DNA of 64,000 nucleotides, from positions 1,240,001 to 1,304,000 of the forward strand of contig JAQFVV010000011.1 in the NCBI GenBank assembly GCA_028023455.1. Direction: 5' to 3'. The DNA is from Epiperipatus broadwayi (lineage: Eukaryota; Animalia; Onychophora). Each line of letters opens with the position of its first letter. The first letter of the stretch is position 1. The notes under the pieces are model-generated. The model saw only the letters and a program-made list of their open reading frames with translations, was not told the origin of the DNA and searched no databases. Made by a program: the position numbers and the translations under genes. Below, one piece after another: positions 39,227-51,806 of the stretch.

Positions 39227-41145
39227 AAATTGTAACATACTGCTAACATGGTTGTAATTTTTTTACATAAAGCATAAGATTGTTCGTGAAGGCTTTTTTT
39301 TTTTGCAACATTTTGTCAAAATAATTAAAATTTGGGATCTTTCAATGATAGAAAAATAGCTACTGGAGAACTGAATGACAACACACAGATTCCTATTTAG
39401 TGGAATTTATGTATCAGCGACTGCATAAAGAAGTTGAATTTGTGGCAATGTTGCAAACATTAGAGATTTCAATTGCCGCCATGAATAACGCACATTGGTT
39501 ACTTTGTTTCCCACATTTTTTATTTTGTTTGCTGCACTTTAAATTATATTAAATTTATTTTAATTAATTTCTTGTATTTTTTGAATAATATTAAGAAAAA
39601 ATAAATCAAAGGAAATATTAAATACAACAATTTCTAGTCAGCCATATTAGACAACCTGAAAAGTGATAATTTAAAAAACTCTGGCAAGCTTCTGGTTACA
39701 AGATTATATGTGAATATTTAATATTTCTACCAGTAACATTTCATTCAATAAGACATTATCTTTTTCAGTTCTATTTCTATTCAACTGAAATTAATTTTTA
39801 GATTTTTTTTTAAAACTAACCTTAAAATAACATTAATATTTGAATAATAAATTATAGAGCTAAACATTGGTATCTTTTCTCATTAACTGTTTTGGTTGTT
39901 TTACATTACATAAATGGTTGAATAGCAAAATTTTGTTATTGTTTTTCAAAGCATATTAAAAAAAAACTTTGTGACTGATTATATATACATATGAGTTACA
40001 GATGATAATATTATTGGCGCTATCACTTTATCAATATTACTCTTAATTATATTTTCTTTTTGCCAAAATTACATCTACACAAATGTTGAAAAAAATGTGA
40101 GAAGAAAGATTTGTTAAAAGTAAAAAATTTGATTTAATTAATTAAGTAGCAGTTTTACATCAATCTGGATCAGGGTTCAAACTGTTCAATTCTTTTCTAA
40201 AATATTAAGAACAATCTAAATAAAGGTCTTCAATTGATTTCTTTTTTTTTAAATGAAAAATTAATTCTGAATGGTAATTTGGAAATAGTTATTTATTGTA
40301 TAATATTAATCAAAGAATAATAAAACTCCTTGGAATCTGTCCTGCATTTACATCTCATAATGGATTTGAATACATCATCCTTGCTAAAAATGGAAATCAA
40401 CAGCAAAGTTTATTTGTACAATTATACAAAATGTCAATACTGGTGTAGAATACACTCACCACCATTTGGTATGTAAAGGGAGCCCCCAAATCACTGCAGA
40501 CACAAACAAACAGTAAATGGAGTCAGACAACATTGTTTGCCAGTGAAACAGAGTGTTCCAGTTATTTTGTACACTACAATTAAAAAATCACCATTTCAAT
40601 CAAAAATTAAAAATAAACACATAAATTTAATAAAACTAATAAGCTCAATAAAAAAAAAAATCAAATACCTCTAGAAATCAAAATATCAAATATAATAGTA
40701 ATTAAGAAATGACTAAAAAATAATTAGCAAAAGTCACAAGTCCAAAAGATCAAAATACTATGGCAATCAAGTATGAAAAAACAATATTTTATGACTATTA
40801 TTAGTAAATGGTCATAAAAATGTTAGCATAATCATGTGACCAAAAAAAAAAAAATCAAATGCCTTTAGACATCAAAATATCAACATATTAATAATTAAGA
40901 AATGATAAAAAACTGAGCAAAAATAATTTCAAAAACAATATTTAGAAAGTATTAGTAATTAGCAAATATATCAATGGTGCAAAAGTCCCACAGTGTAATT
41001 GTATGACTATAGATTAAATTATTACAGCAATCAGATATGATAAATCAATACCTTGGAATTATTATTAATAAATGGCCACCAAAATGTTAGTGTAATCATG
41101 TAATCAAAACAATAAAATACCTCTACAAATCAAAATATTAAACAT

Positions 41146-41575
41146 CATATATAATAATACAGCAAAAGTACATCCACTTTTTCTTTTAAAATATATATGT
41201 TCTACAATAATATCAACAAATTAAAAATCCTTTTCCTTTTTTCTTTTCAAAAACTTTATTCTTTTTATCTCAATACTGAACATATATACACATTTATATA
41301 ATACAAAAATCATCCAAGAAACTTTCTATACAAATTTAATTTGTATAGAAAGTTTCTTGGATGATTTTAAGATATATTTATAATTAAACAATGTAAAAGA
41401 AAGAGTAATAAAATATAGCAGTGGGAGAAAGATATCCTTGAAAATGACTGTATGAAATAAAACAGTTGAAACGTTGGAGTTTTGTATTATATAAATGTGT
41501 ATATATGTTCAGTATTGAGATAAAAAAATAAAGTTTTTGAAAAGAAAAAAGGAAAAGGATTTTTAATTTGTTGAT
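41146..41575 (+). mobile_element. Fold-back PLE-type insertion (family P5) with 12-bp TSD
   Basis: TSD aatattaaacat (41134-41145 and 41576-41587). Nested inverted arms (~41200-41308 with 41480-41575; 41308-41335 with 41340-41367). Degenerate hammerhead at 41434-41479. Confidence 0.85.
41434..41479 (+). ncRNA. Degenerate minimal hammerhead motif
   Basis: ucc UUGAAAA u GACUGU...ACAGUU GAAA CG UU ggag. The core differs from CUGAAGA by two transitions; helix III is the palindrome AACGUU. Confidence 0.45.
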
Positions 41576-42052
41576 AATATTAAACATAGAAAAACTATTT
41601 ACTATTAAAACCAAATAATAGTAAAGTATTTTATGTTTAAAATATAGTGCCAACTATGTGATCAAGTTAACATAAGAACAGCAGCTAAAAGAAAAATTGG
41701 ATAGAAAAAGAAATGTGTTTAAGCTAAATTATTCTAATATTATAATTAATGAAAAAAATATGATAAATAAAAATAAAAATATTCCAATTTATTGTGCAGA
41801 AACTAATGCATTTTATGTCTAAAATATGATGCTAATGTGGTCGACTTAATATAAGACCAGCAGCTGAAAGAAATATTGCATGAACTAACATAAAAAGAAT
41901 TGTGTTTACATTTCAATATTATAACTAAGCAAAAAAAATACAATAAATTTATTACACAGGTTCCTATTTATTGTGTGCAATCTAACACATTTTACTTTTA
42001 AAATATGTTGGTAAACCATGTTCTTGAATTAATGTAAGAATGTTATTAAAAC

Positions 42053-42325
42053 AGGCAAAACTCTCCATACAGTAGTGCCACTCAGTGCAATCCAGAGTAA
42101 TCAATGGATGCTAGAAGGCTTGTGCATAAAAACCCTATCTAGTGTCTACTCATCCAAGGTCCCCAGACTAGTTTCTAACACAAGCTTTTTGCACAAGCCT
42201 TCTGGCATCCATTGATTACTCTGGCTTGCACTGAGTGGCACTACTGTATGGAGAGTTTTGCCTCTTTTAATAATAGTTATGAGCAAGCATAAGAAATGGT
42301 GACCATGTAATATAAGAATGGCAAC
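42053..42325 (+). mobile_element. Fold-back insertion family P1
   Basis: Arms 42053-42127 and ~42189-42263. The loop contains ccccagactagtttc, the reverse complement of GAAACUAGUC-UGGGG (3' half of a hammerhead). Confidence 0.85.
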
Positions 42326-44524
42326 CAAAAGAAAAAATGCATAAATTAACACAAGAAGAAATGTGCTTAAGCTAAAATATTCTAATGTTATAATTAAACA
42401 AAAGAAAAAAACAATAAATCACATAAAAAAGTTCAAATTTATTGTACGTAAACTAAAGCATTTTGCTTTAAAGTAGGGTGGTAACCATGTGTTTGAGTTA
42501 ACATAAGAACAATTGCCAAAAGAAACATTTCATACATTATTACAAGGATAAATGTACTTAAGCCATAAAATATTCTGATATTACCATTAGCAAAATAAAA
42601 AAAAAATATAAAAAAAATACACAATAAAAACATATTATTAAAATTTAACAGTAAATGGACTGCTTTTAATCTATATAAAAAGTTCAAATTTATTCTGGTA
42701 ACGTAAATCATTTTACTTTTAAAATATGAGGCAAACATAAAAACATGGGCTAGGGTTAATATAAAAATGGCAGTCCAAATAAAAAATGCATAAACTAAAG
42801 CATTTTAATTTTGTATTTCTTTTCTTACCAAAAAGCAGGTAATATTATGTGCCTCATTCTCACATGTAGTTATGAACAAAACTGGAGATAAGAAAAAAAC
42901 AGTATTATTCACATTTGACTTCAAGATGTCTAGTCAGCCCAAAGCAGCAGGGTTCCCCCTTGATCACATGCTACAGTGATGTCCTTATGGGTTCTTGAAA
43001 TTTAAACCCATCTATATAGCTATCGGTATATTTTTCTAACAATTACCATCAATGTTAATTTTTCAATCAACAATTGGACATGAAAACACATATTAAAAAA
43101 AGATTTACAGATTTTATTGATATATAAAAAATTACAAATTAAAAAAAAATTAATTAAGGAAACAAACATTTAAACAAAATTCAATTGATAAACAAACAAC
43201 ATTAATTATATTTCTAGAAATTTAGCAAAAGAAAATATATCTGTAAATGTTTTCCTGTGTCCACTTGTTGATTGGAAAAGTAACTTCAATGTTAATAGAT
43301 AGAAAGGTATATAGATAGTTATATAAATGAGTTTAAATTTCAAGAGTACATAAGGATATCACTGTATCATGTGATCAAGTGTGAATCCAATAGCTTTGAG
43401 CCAATTGTGTTGTCATGGAAACAAATGTGAACTGAGGTAACTTTTTCTCATCTTCATTGGTAAGACAAAAAAAGATTTATTGGTTTTGTTAATTGTAAAA
43501 TTAAAACACTTTAGTTGATGCAATTTTTACTTTGACTGCCACTTTTACATTAATTCCAGCCCATGTTCTTTTTCTGCCTCATATTTTAAAGTAAAATGCT
43601 TTACCTGAATAAATGTAAACTTTTTTATATAGATTAAAAGCGGTCCGTTTGCCCTTACTTTTGATAATGTGGATTTGTGTTTTTTTGTTTGTTAATATTA
43701 AAATATTTTAATACTTAAGCACATTTATCCTTGTGATAGTGTATGAATTATTCCTTTCAACAGCCATTCTTACATTAACTCAAGCACGTGATTACCAGTC
43801 CATTTCAACATAAAATGTGTTAGTTTATGCACAATAAATTGGAACTTTTTATGTGATTTCTTTTCTTTGTTTAATTATAATATTAGAATATTTTAACTTA
43901 AGCACATTTTTTATTGTTCGTTTATACAATTTTTCTTTCAGCTGCCATTCTTATGTTAAGTCAATCACATGTATGCCACCATATTTTAAAAGTAAAATAA
44001 TTTACTATTATTTGGTTTCAATAGTAAATAGTTTTCTATGTTTAATATTTTGATTTCTAGAGGTGTGTGATTTTTTAAAATTTTGTTCACAAGATTATGC
44101 TAACATTTTTGTGGTTGGTTACTAATAATAGTCGCAAAAGTTTTTTATATCTGATTGCCATAATAATTTGATATCTGGTCACATGTTTACACTGGTGGAA
44201 TCTGCCCCCCCCCCCATTGATATATTTGCTAATTACTAATACTTGCTAAATATTGTTTTTGAAACATTGAATTTTTACTATTTTTTGATCATTTTTTAAT
44301 TACTAATGGTGTTTGATATTTTGATATCTATAAGCATTTGATTTTTTTGTTTTATCATGTTATTATGCTAATATCTTTATGACCATATGGTAGTAATTTG
44401 ATCTTTTGGTCATGTGATTTGTGCTAGTTATTTTTTAAATAATTTTCTAATTACTAATGTCTTCGATATTTTGATTTCTAGAGATATTTGATTTTTTTTG
44501 ATTGAGCTTAGTTCTATTAAATTT

Positions 44525-44730
44525 ACAAACAAGGCAAAACTCTCCATACAGTAGTGCCACCCTGTGCCAACCAGAGTAATCAATGGATGCCAGAGGGCTT
44601 GTGCATAATGCCTACTCATCCATTGATTACTCTGGTTGGCACAGGGTGGCACTACTGTATGGAGAGTTTTGCCTTGTTTGTAAACAATTATGTGCTAGTA
44701 TAAGAGATGGTGATTATGTGATGCTTAATG
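44525..44730 (+). mobile_element. Fold-back insertion family P1 with 14-bp TSD
   Basis: TSD gttctattaaattt (44511-44524 and 44731-44744); near-perfect ~65-bp arms. Confidence 0.9.
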
Positions 44731-45547
44731 GTTCTATTAAATTTGCATGATTATTTTTTAATTTTTGATGAAAATTGTGATTTTTAAACTGTAATGGACA
44801 AAATATTTGTAACACTTGAGCACATGGTATTATCTGACTTTGTTTTGCACTTGGTTGTGTCAATGGTGGCTTCAGAGCTCCCCTTAAAAACCAAAATGGT
44901 GGAAAGTGCATTCTAAACCAGTACCATAATGTTCTTTTAATTTTATTCTCATCAGATATGAATAATTTATGTTCAATTCTAGTAACATAATCATATATAT
45001 TAGCAGTAAAAGTCAATCATTATGTTTGCCTTCTGTTAGATAATTTCACAGCGCATACGATTAGCCCTGAATTCCAAAATTCTATCATATATTCCCATTA
45101 TGGAATATTTGGATTGGAAATTTTGGATATTGTAAAAGAATAACAGGCAGTCAGAAAAGAGGTATGATAAATATAATCTTTTTTTATTATTTATGAAAAT
45201 AATTAAAGAAAAATAATTTTTTATTTCATTACGAAAAGAAATGAGAATGTTTTTTACAATTTTGTAAATCTTTAAGTTTATTTTTATTAATAGTAAAAAA
45301 GAAAGAAAAAAAAAGTATTATAAATAATATGTAAAATATGAAAAAAAAATATAAATTTGCTTAATAGCTTATGAATGAATTATTATTTATCAAGGGTGTA
45401 AGATTTCATGTCAGGAATATCTGCAAAAAATTTTCCACAATGGGAAAAGTTTAGAGACAAATAATAACAATAGATTTTTACTTAATTTTTTTTTTTCACA
45501 GGTAGAATATGTAATAAATTGTTTTTCTCATCACCAATAAAAATTGT

Positions 45548-45900
45548 AATTATAAATATGCGATTTTTTTCGCATGCGTTAGTAAGCTGTAATTATACTA
45601 TAATGTTTACTATGCCTGTTTAGCGCTTTCGAGATTTAATATTTAAATCTCACATAGCAAATGATCTCAGTGCCATTAATAGAAGAGAGGCGTGCTTTGC
45701 TCTCTCCAAACAATGGACTAACTAATTAAAAATTCAAGCTCATTTGCATATGTGTACAGTAAATCACAACAGTCTTCATTCGTAAAGCTATGAGTATGAG
45801 ATTTAAATATTAAATCTCGAAAGCGCTAAGCATGCATATTAAACATTATAGTAAAATTACAGCTTCACTAACGCATGCTAAAAAAATCGCATATTTATAA
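45548..45900. mobile_element. Inverted-repeat element whose arms contain a hammerhead 3' half (family P6)
   Basis: Arms ~45548-45650 and 45798-45900. The right arm reads GAGAUUUA aauau UAAAUCUC GAAA GCGC UA (8-bp stem II, palindromic AGCGCU), but the CUGAUGA core is damaged (cuaugaguau). Confidence 0.65.
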
Positions 45901-46306
45901 ATACAAGTAGATTATAAAATATAGTATTGCTTCAAAATAAAAACACATATGTAATGTAAATTTACAATGTATATACATTTACAATATAAAGGAGATGAAA
46001 ATTAATAGATAGATCACAATTTCAATGTCTACATATTGTATAATAATTGAATTCTCCATGTCTTGCTTGCAAAACTATTGACAAAATTTCAATAAATTCT
46101 TCATCTCTTTCTCTTCTAGTTTCTTCCTGTGCACATTAATCATACATAAACCTGATAAGTATTTTTCTAAAATAGTGGACTTTAACCATGTTTTTACAAA
46201 TATCAAAGTGCTGAAACTTCCTTCAATAATAGATAATGCCATATCATTAGTTATTGCCAAATTAATGAAGGGAAATAGTCAGAATGTTCAAAACTTTTGA
46301 TAAGTA

Positions 46307-46559
46307 GCTAATCTTTCTTATTGCATTGCCAAATGTATATCATATAATACTAAATCATCCATACACTTTACTACTGTTACACAATGCTTTATTTACCATC
46401 CACTTTTACAGTTTACAGTTTCGATTGCCCCAGCAATCTTCCTCAGAACTTTTATATCTCCTAACTTCAACTGCTAAATTCAAATTACACAATGCTTTAT
46501 TTACCATCCTCTTTTATGGTTTATAGTAGTAAAATGCATGGATGATTTAGTATTATATG
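46307..46559 (-). mobile_element. Fold-back PLE-type insertion (family P4-related) with 12-bp TSD, inside the hAT
   Basis: TSD aacttttgataa (~46295-46306 and 46560-46571); inverted arms 46340-46376 and 46523-46560. Confidence 0.8.
46410..46450 (-). ncRNA. Minimal type-I hammerhead ribozyme motif (best copy)
   Basis: AGUU CUGAGGA a GAUUG cugggg CAAUC GAAA C u GUA AACU. Intact core, perfect 5-bp stem II, 4-bp stem I, GUA triplet. Confidence 0.8.
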
Positions 46560-47699
46560 AACTTTTGATAATGTTTGAGGAATATGAATTAGAGGGGAAA
46601 TTATCCATTTTTATATCACATTATGGTCTCTACTTCTAAATATTGAAAAATTGTATTTTTTGCACACTCTTTTAACATTGTTTTGGTGCTTTATTTTATC
46701 TATTTTTAGAATATTCCGGGGAAAGAGTATGAAATACTGAAAATGCTATTTTGTTATCTGAAGAAAATCTTGATTTTAAAGATGAATTAAAGAATCTACA
46801 TATGGGAAGCATTACTATTTTTATTGTTAATTTTTTATAACATGCCCAATGGAAGTTTACAAATCTCTTCAAATTTTTCATCTGATTTTTTTTCTTCTGA
46901 GAATTGCAAATATTTTAAGTTTTCAATATGTTGCTGAATAGCTAGTAAATCAACATGTATGACTTGTAATGTTTGGATTATTCATATAAGAATAGCAAAA
47001 TATTTAGATATTATATGTAAACAAATTGTAATCATTGAAATGCTACATTGTGTTGATCATATTCAGTTCATAAACATTTCTTCTAACTTATTGGAAACGA
47101 GTTGAAAATTCTTTGAAAAATTGATATACTTTATTATTTCAAAATCTATCTAATTTCTAAAAGTAAAGGAATCATTGGCGCTGTGGGTCTTCACTTTTGA
47201 CTTTATCTAAAAAAAATTGCTTTAGATCTTATAATTCATATCATGTGGCAAAGTTTTGGCACAATGTTCAAGCCATTTGCAATTAGGTTTAATATTTAAG
47301 AAACTACTAAGTGTTTTGGGGATATTTATATTTTGAATACCAGCTTCTTTCCCTATCATACTTTCATAGTCATCATATCCTTGCCCAATTGATTTTTTCT
47401 CACCCAAACTATCTTCAGTAGATATATTTAAAACTTTTCACATCAATATTGTACCAGTCGATTTTGTCTGTTCATAGAGTCTAATCATGTGCAAGATACA
47501 TAAGTCAGATACACTCATGAACTCTGCACTATTTGCCTATTTTCCAGATCTACCAACTTATGAGCAACGATCCCGATGATACAGATCTAATTTATCTCTC
47601 TCCACCAGCATTGCAAAGTGAAGACAAAAAAAGCCTCTAATTTGAAATTATATAACGGAATATTTTAGCATAAAATATAAGTTTGACCCATTTAAAGGT

Positions 47700-50409
47700 T
47701 GTGACCTTTCACATTAATTATGTACACAGAGGATTAGCAGGAGATCATCTAGTCAGAGCAAGCATAATTTAATAACTAAAATATTAATATTTTAAGTAAA
47801 AGAAACAATGATTCTGCAAGTTATGATATATATAAGATTTATTAATTTATATAAAATATGCATAAATACTTGGTTTATTATTCCATTAATTGTCATTGGC
47901 CTTTTTAGATACACATAATTTGATTTCTATTTTATACGGTAACACAGGTATCAGATGAGATTTGTTTACAACTTGGAAAATGACAACTTTAATGATTATT
48001 CTATTTTATTGCGGCTAGCTCATATGCCAATAATTAATAAATACACTAATGAACAGTTGATTTAGTGCTGAGGAAATATCTTTGCGAGATACCAATCCAT
48101 CCCCAGAAAGCACTTGACCGAATATTTAGAATGATTAATTTTATGACAAAAATATACTTTACAGGTTCCCCTCTTTTCTTCCATAGCGTAAGCTTGTGGT
48201 TAAAACACCTGTAGAGGTCCATACTATTGCATTTTATATGCATATTATCAAGGTTATAGCCTCAGTAAATATTATTTACAGGCATAAGTAAATTACTCTC
48301 AGTTTATACTGAGTGAGAAATGTGTGGGATAGCTCGTTAACATATATATAATGGCGCCACAAAAAGACACGCATATGAAACTAATAATAAATAAAATAAA
48401 CATCTGTTTAGTAGAATCATAACACTATGGTTTATGGACATTCATAGGTTTGATTTATGGTGAGGATTTTAAGAGAGCAGTGTATGCATGGTGGCAGAAT
48501 TAGATTATCCAATCTCAGATCTGAAAAATGTGCTTCCAAATTTAAGGACGAAGAATGGTGACCAAATTCTTTCTGCTACTTTGGCAGATTCGGTTCACAG
48601 AACAAAGATGTTGGCTATTAATAACGATAGGCCGGATCTTTCCGGAGTGTCCTATGTCAATAGCTCATATGATGAATATGTCCCATGGGGGGTTTGCCAG
48701 CCATATTCTTGGACTTGGAATGAATTTACACGATCCGGATTACTGAAAATCCCAGGGAACAAAGCACGAAGACACACATATGTGTATTTGAATGTGGAGG
48801 CCTATTTGCATACAATGCTTGGAATGAAAGACATATAATATTTTAAAAACTAAGGACGAATGATTGATAACCTATATATATTGGGAATGTCCAACTTAAT
48901 AGTATGATTTAAATACTAAACAGTAATGGATTATTTAAACTTATTACTAAAATATATAATCAATGGAATAGACTCCCCTTCCCCTTTAATTTATCTATAA
49001 ACTTCCCACAATGTTAAATAAATATGAGAATTCGGTTATAAGTGCTTTTATATTATACTCAACATAATTTAAACATATACAAATGGGGGGGGGTTATTAA
49101 TTTCATAATAAACGGATTTGATTTCATAAAGTTTTTAAGGTTAGCACTTATTATTTACATAAAAAAAAATTCTTAGAAAAACAGATTTCTACTGTTTTTC
49201 TACAATGACATTATAAGATAATTAATTTGTTTTCCCCAAATTCGCAAGCATTTGCTAAGATAAAAATAACAAGACTTGTTTTAATTAAAGTTAATCTAGT
49301 CACCCCATAAAATAGAGAGGGGGAATTATTGGCATATTTAAATATATATATAAAACATGATAATAAAAGTTAAAAAATATTGTCGCATGAAGATGAAAAA
49401 AAATATTACACTTATTTAATAGAGGCTCAATGATATGAGAAAATTAAAGAAAGTTATATAGTGTAATGTACATGATAATATCAGGTAAGTAAATTACAAA
49501 TTATTTAACGAAATATTTAATTTTTAGTTGAAAGACCAGCTGATAGAATATTATTTTAAATGACAGAGTTATGAGAAATATTTACAGAAGGCTGAACTTA
49601 AGAATTTAAACATTAGTCAGTGGCTAGAGTTCTTTACCTTGTTAATTAATAGCAATTCTTGATGATTTCAGCGTCCATTGGAAATGGTGAACTAGATCTA
49701 GTTAGATTTGATTGGTCAGGCAGGCAGCATTTTATTACTCAGTCTTTCAGTACATTAAAGTTCATGGGTGATGGGATCCTGAGTGATGATTGCAGAAAAG
49801 AACACGTTGAATGGAGAGAAAGGTGAAAATTTCCACTACTCATGACACATTGGATTATTATCATGACAAGCGTGGATTATATTTACCATTGCTGTTTTAT
49901 AATTACAAGTCTCCTGTTTGTATTCAAATCTAGCAGTATTTATACTATTTCTCCATTTATCTTAGAATGCACTTAGCTGCTGGACCTGAGGCATTTTATG
50001 CACTTAGCAGATCTGGAATTTGCTGACCGGATGCACCTTTTGTTTAAGTAAGTTTTAAAGACAATGCAATACTGTTAGAATTTCTTGAACTGATTGTTTT
50101 AAAATATGATCTAAGATTTTAAAGCAAATTTGAAGTGGATAAAATTTCCACTAATGGATTTTTACATTACTGTTATACAATTATCATATGTTTTAGATGG
50201 ACTAATGGGTTTCCGGTAAATTGTCTTAATTACATTTGAGAATATTCTTACAAGATTGCGTTAGCATTAGTTCTTTATGACCGCCATTACTAAAAAAATA
50301 ACAAATTATACATATAATTTTTAAAATAGACATTAATATAATAATTTTTCCTTTATATAGGTTTTAAAAATAATCTCCCCTCACCTATAATATGTACACA
50401 TCCATTACA
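47700..50409 (-). mobile_element. LTR-like element X3 (2710 bp) inserted in the hAT
   Basis: tgtgac...cattaca ends. Left end caggagatcatctagtca resembles X2 cagggcgccatctaggca; right end gtacacatccattaca resembles X2 gtacatatgtgcccattaca. No clean TSD seen. Confidence 0.6.
48488..48838 (+). CDS. Intact 116-aa ORF of unknown function (ORF-B) within LTR-like element X3
   Basis: ATG-initiated ORF, higher GC than the flanks, with collinear motif similarity to decayed frames in X1 and X2. No recognisable domain. Confidence 0.55.
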   Translation: MVAELDYPISDLKNVLPNLRTKNGDQILSATLADSVHRTKMLAINNDRPDLSGVSYVNSSYDEYVPWGVCQPYSWTWNEFTRSGLLKIPGNKARRHTYVYLNVEAYLHTMLGMKDI

Positions 50410-50499
50410 CATGTATACAAATTAAAATCAAATCAAATATTTATTTATTAAAATTAGTTACATTAAGGTATATATCTACATCAGTTATTTTATTAGTTA

Positions 50500-51660
50500 A
50501 GCAAAAAAAAATGTATTAATAAATACATATATGTGTAAGGATGGAGTTTAAATATGGTTTGGTAGTGGGAGATTCCGAATGGGCTGTGAAGCTTGATCTG
50601 AGTATCAGGTCGACTGCTTCAATATCGTAAAGTTTTGTAACTCCTACAAATTTTATTCTTTTATTTTTACCAATGCCAAATGAATACTTCCCCATTTCAG
50701 TAATACCAGTAATTTCATCAACCAAAAAAATATGTATTAATAAATACATATATGCGTAAGGATGGAGTTTAAATATGGTTTGGTAGTGGGAGATTCCGAG
50801 TGGGCTGTGAAGCTCGATCTGAGTATCAGGTCGACTGCTTCAATATCATAAAGTTTTGTAACTCCTACAAATTTTATTCTTTTATTTTTACCAATGACAA
50901 ATGAATACTTCCCCATTTCAGTAATACCAGTAATTTCATCAACCAAGATTGAAAATCCAGTAGATATATCTGCAGCAGATACAAAACTTTCTCATATTTC
51001 CATACAAGTTGTATTAGTTGATGTTTAGTTCTTACAGAAGTGTATGTAGGAGATTTCATCAAATAAAGTTTTAAAATCAAGCCTCCTGCTTCAACCCAAA
51101 ATTGAAATAAATCATGTAAATTTCTAGAATCCCCTCTCCCCCATGCCAGCAAGTCATGTGTGCAAAAAGTATAATGGTCAACAAAACAAAAAAATATAAT
51201 TTGATCCTATTGGCTTCCATTGACTTTTGTATTGATTTGATAAATTATATTTTTCTCTGGAAGATTGTGGATTGTTATAAAATTCTGGGCATCAATGTGT
51301 GATTAAGATGTCATGTGATTTCTGGTGGGATGGTTAAAATATTTGTTTTAATGAATGGAGTTTTTATAAATGCATCTTGACATCCTTGATGTAGGTTTGG
51401 TACAAAAAAAACTCGATATTTGCAAAATATGCTTAACCTGGTGAATATTTGTTTAATCAAGCGAATCTAAATTGTCTTTACGAAAAATCTTTTTTGAAAT
51501 CAGAGTCCTTGTTGGCAACGTAAATATTAAAAAAGGATTTCAAATTTTAAACTCAGTGTTATAATAGAAAATTCAATGTAAGAACCAATATCATATTCTA
51601 ATAAATTAGGTGATGAAATTAACTCAACAGAGTCACTTTGAATTAATGTTCCACGGATTT
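50500..51660 (-). pseudogene. hAT (Tip100/ZMYM1-like) transposase pseudogene, N-terminal part
   Basis: AADISTGFSILVDEITGITEMGKYSF (FSILxDETTDIS, first catalytic D), then IKFVGVTKLYD. Weak TTF-zinc-finger-like text at ~51400-51500. Confidence 0.75.
50503..50944. repeat. 221-bp near-perfect tandem duplication within the hAT pseudogene
   Basis: Units 50503-50723 and 50724-50944 differ by only a few bases (ORFs 50516-50749 and 50737-50946). Confidence 0.95.
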
Positions 51661-51691
51661 AATCAATCTGAAGACATGAATTTTTTATGTT

Positions 51692-51806
51692 TTTTATTTT
51701 TTTTTTTAAAGTGTCATAGCATCGGCCGGGACGCGAACCCGCAACCCGGGCAACTGCCTGCAAGTGCAAGGCTGTCGCGCTGATCTCTCGACCACCAATG
51801 CAAGAC
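51692..51806 (-). mobile_element. SINE family A copy with 15-bp TSD
   Basis: TSD tgaattttttatgtt (51677-51691 and 51807-51821); head gtcttgcattggtggtcgagag...gggttcgcgtcccggccgatgctatgac plus A-tail. Confidence 0.9.

Larger units (their letters stand above)
40437..44925. mobile_element. ~4.5-kb foldback element with internally repetitive arms
   Basis: 40437-40640 is the reverse complement of ~44730-44925; 40640-41145 of 44035-44520; 41590-42810 of 43500-44035; 42900-43115 of 43235-43430. Spacer is ~120 bp. Confidence 0.85.
46050..47500 (-). pseudogene. hAT (Tip100/ZMYM1-like) transposase pseudogene, C-terminal part
   Basis: SIGQGYD (second catalytic D region, ORF 47222-47407), PQR, and the C-terminal dimerisation motif SIIEGSFSTLIFVKTWLKSTILEKYLSGLCMINVHR (ORF 46075-46260). 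Confidence 0.85.

Noticed and set aside
45020-45070. LLLDNFTAH, resembling a pogo/Tigger DDE motif
   Set aside because: Only nine residues with no supporting flanking motifs.
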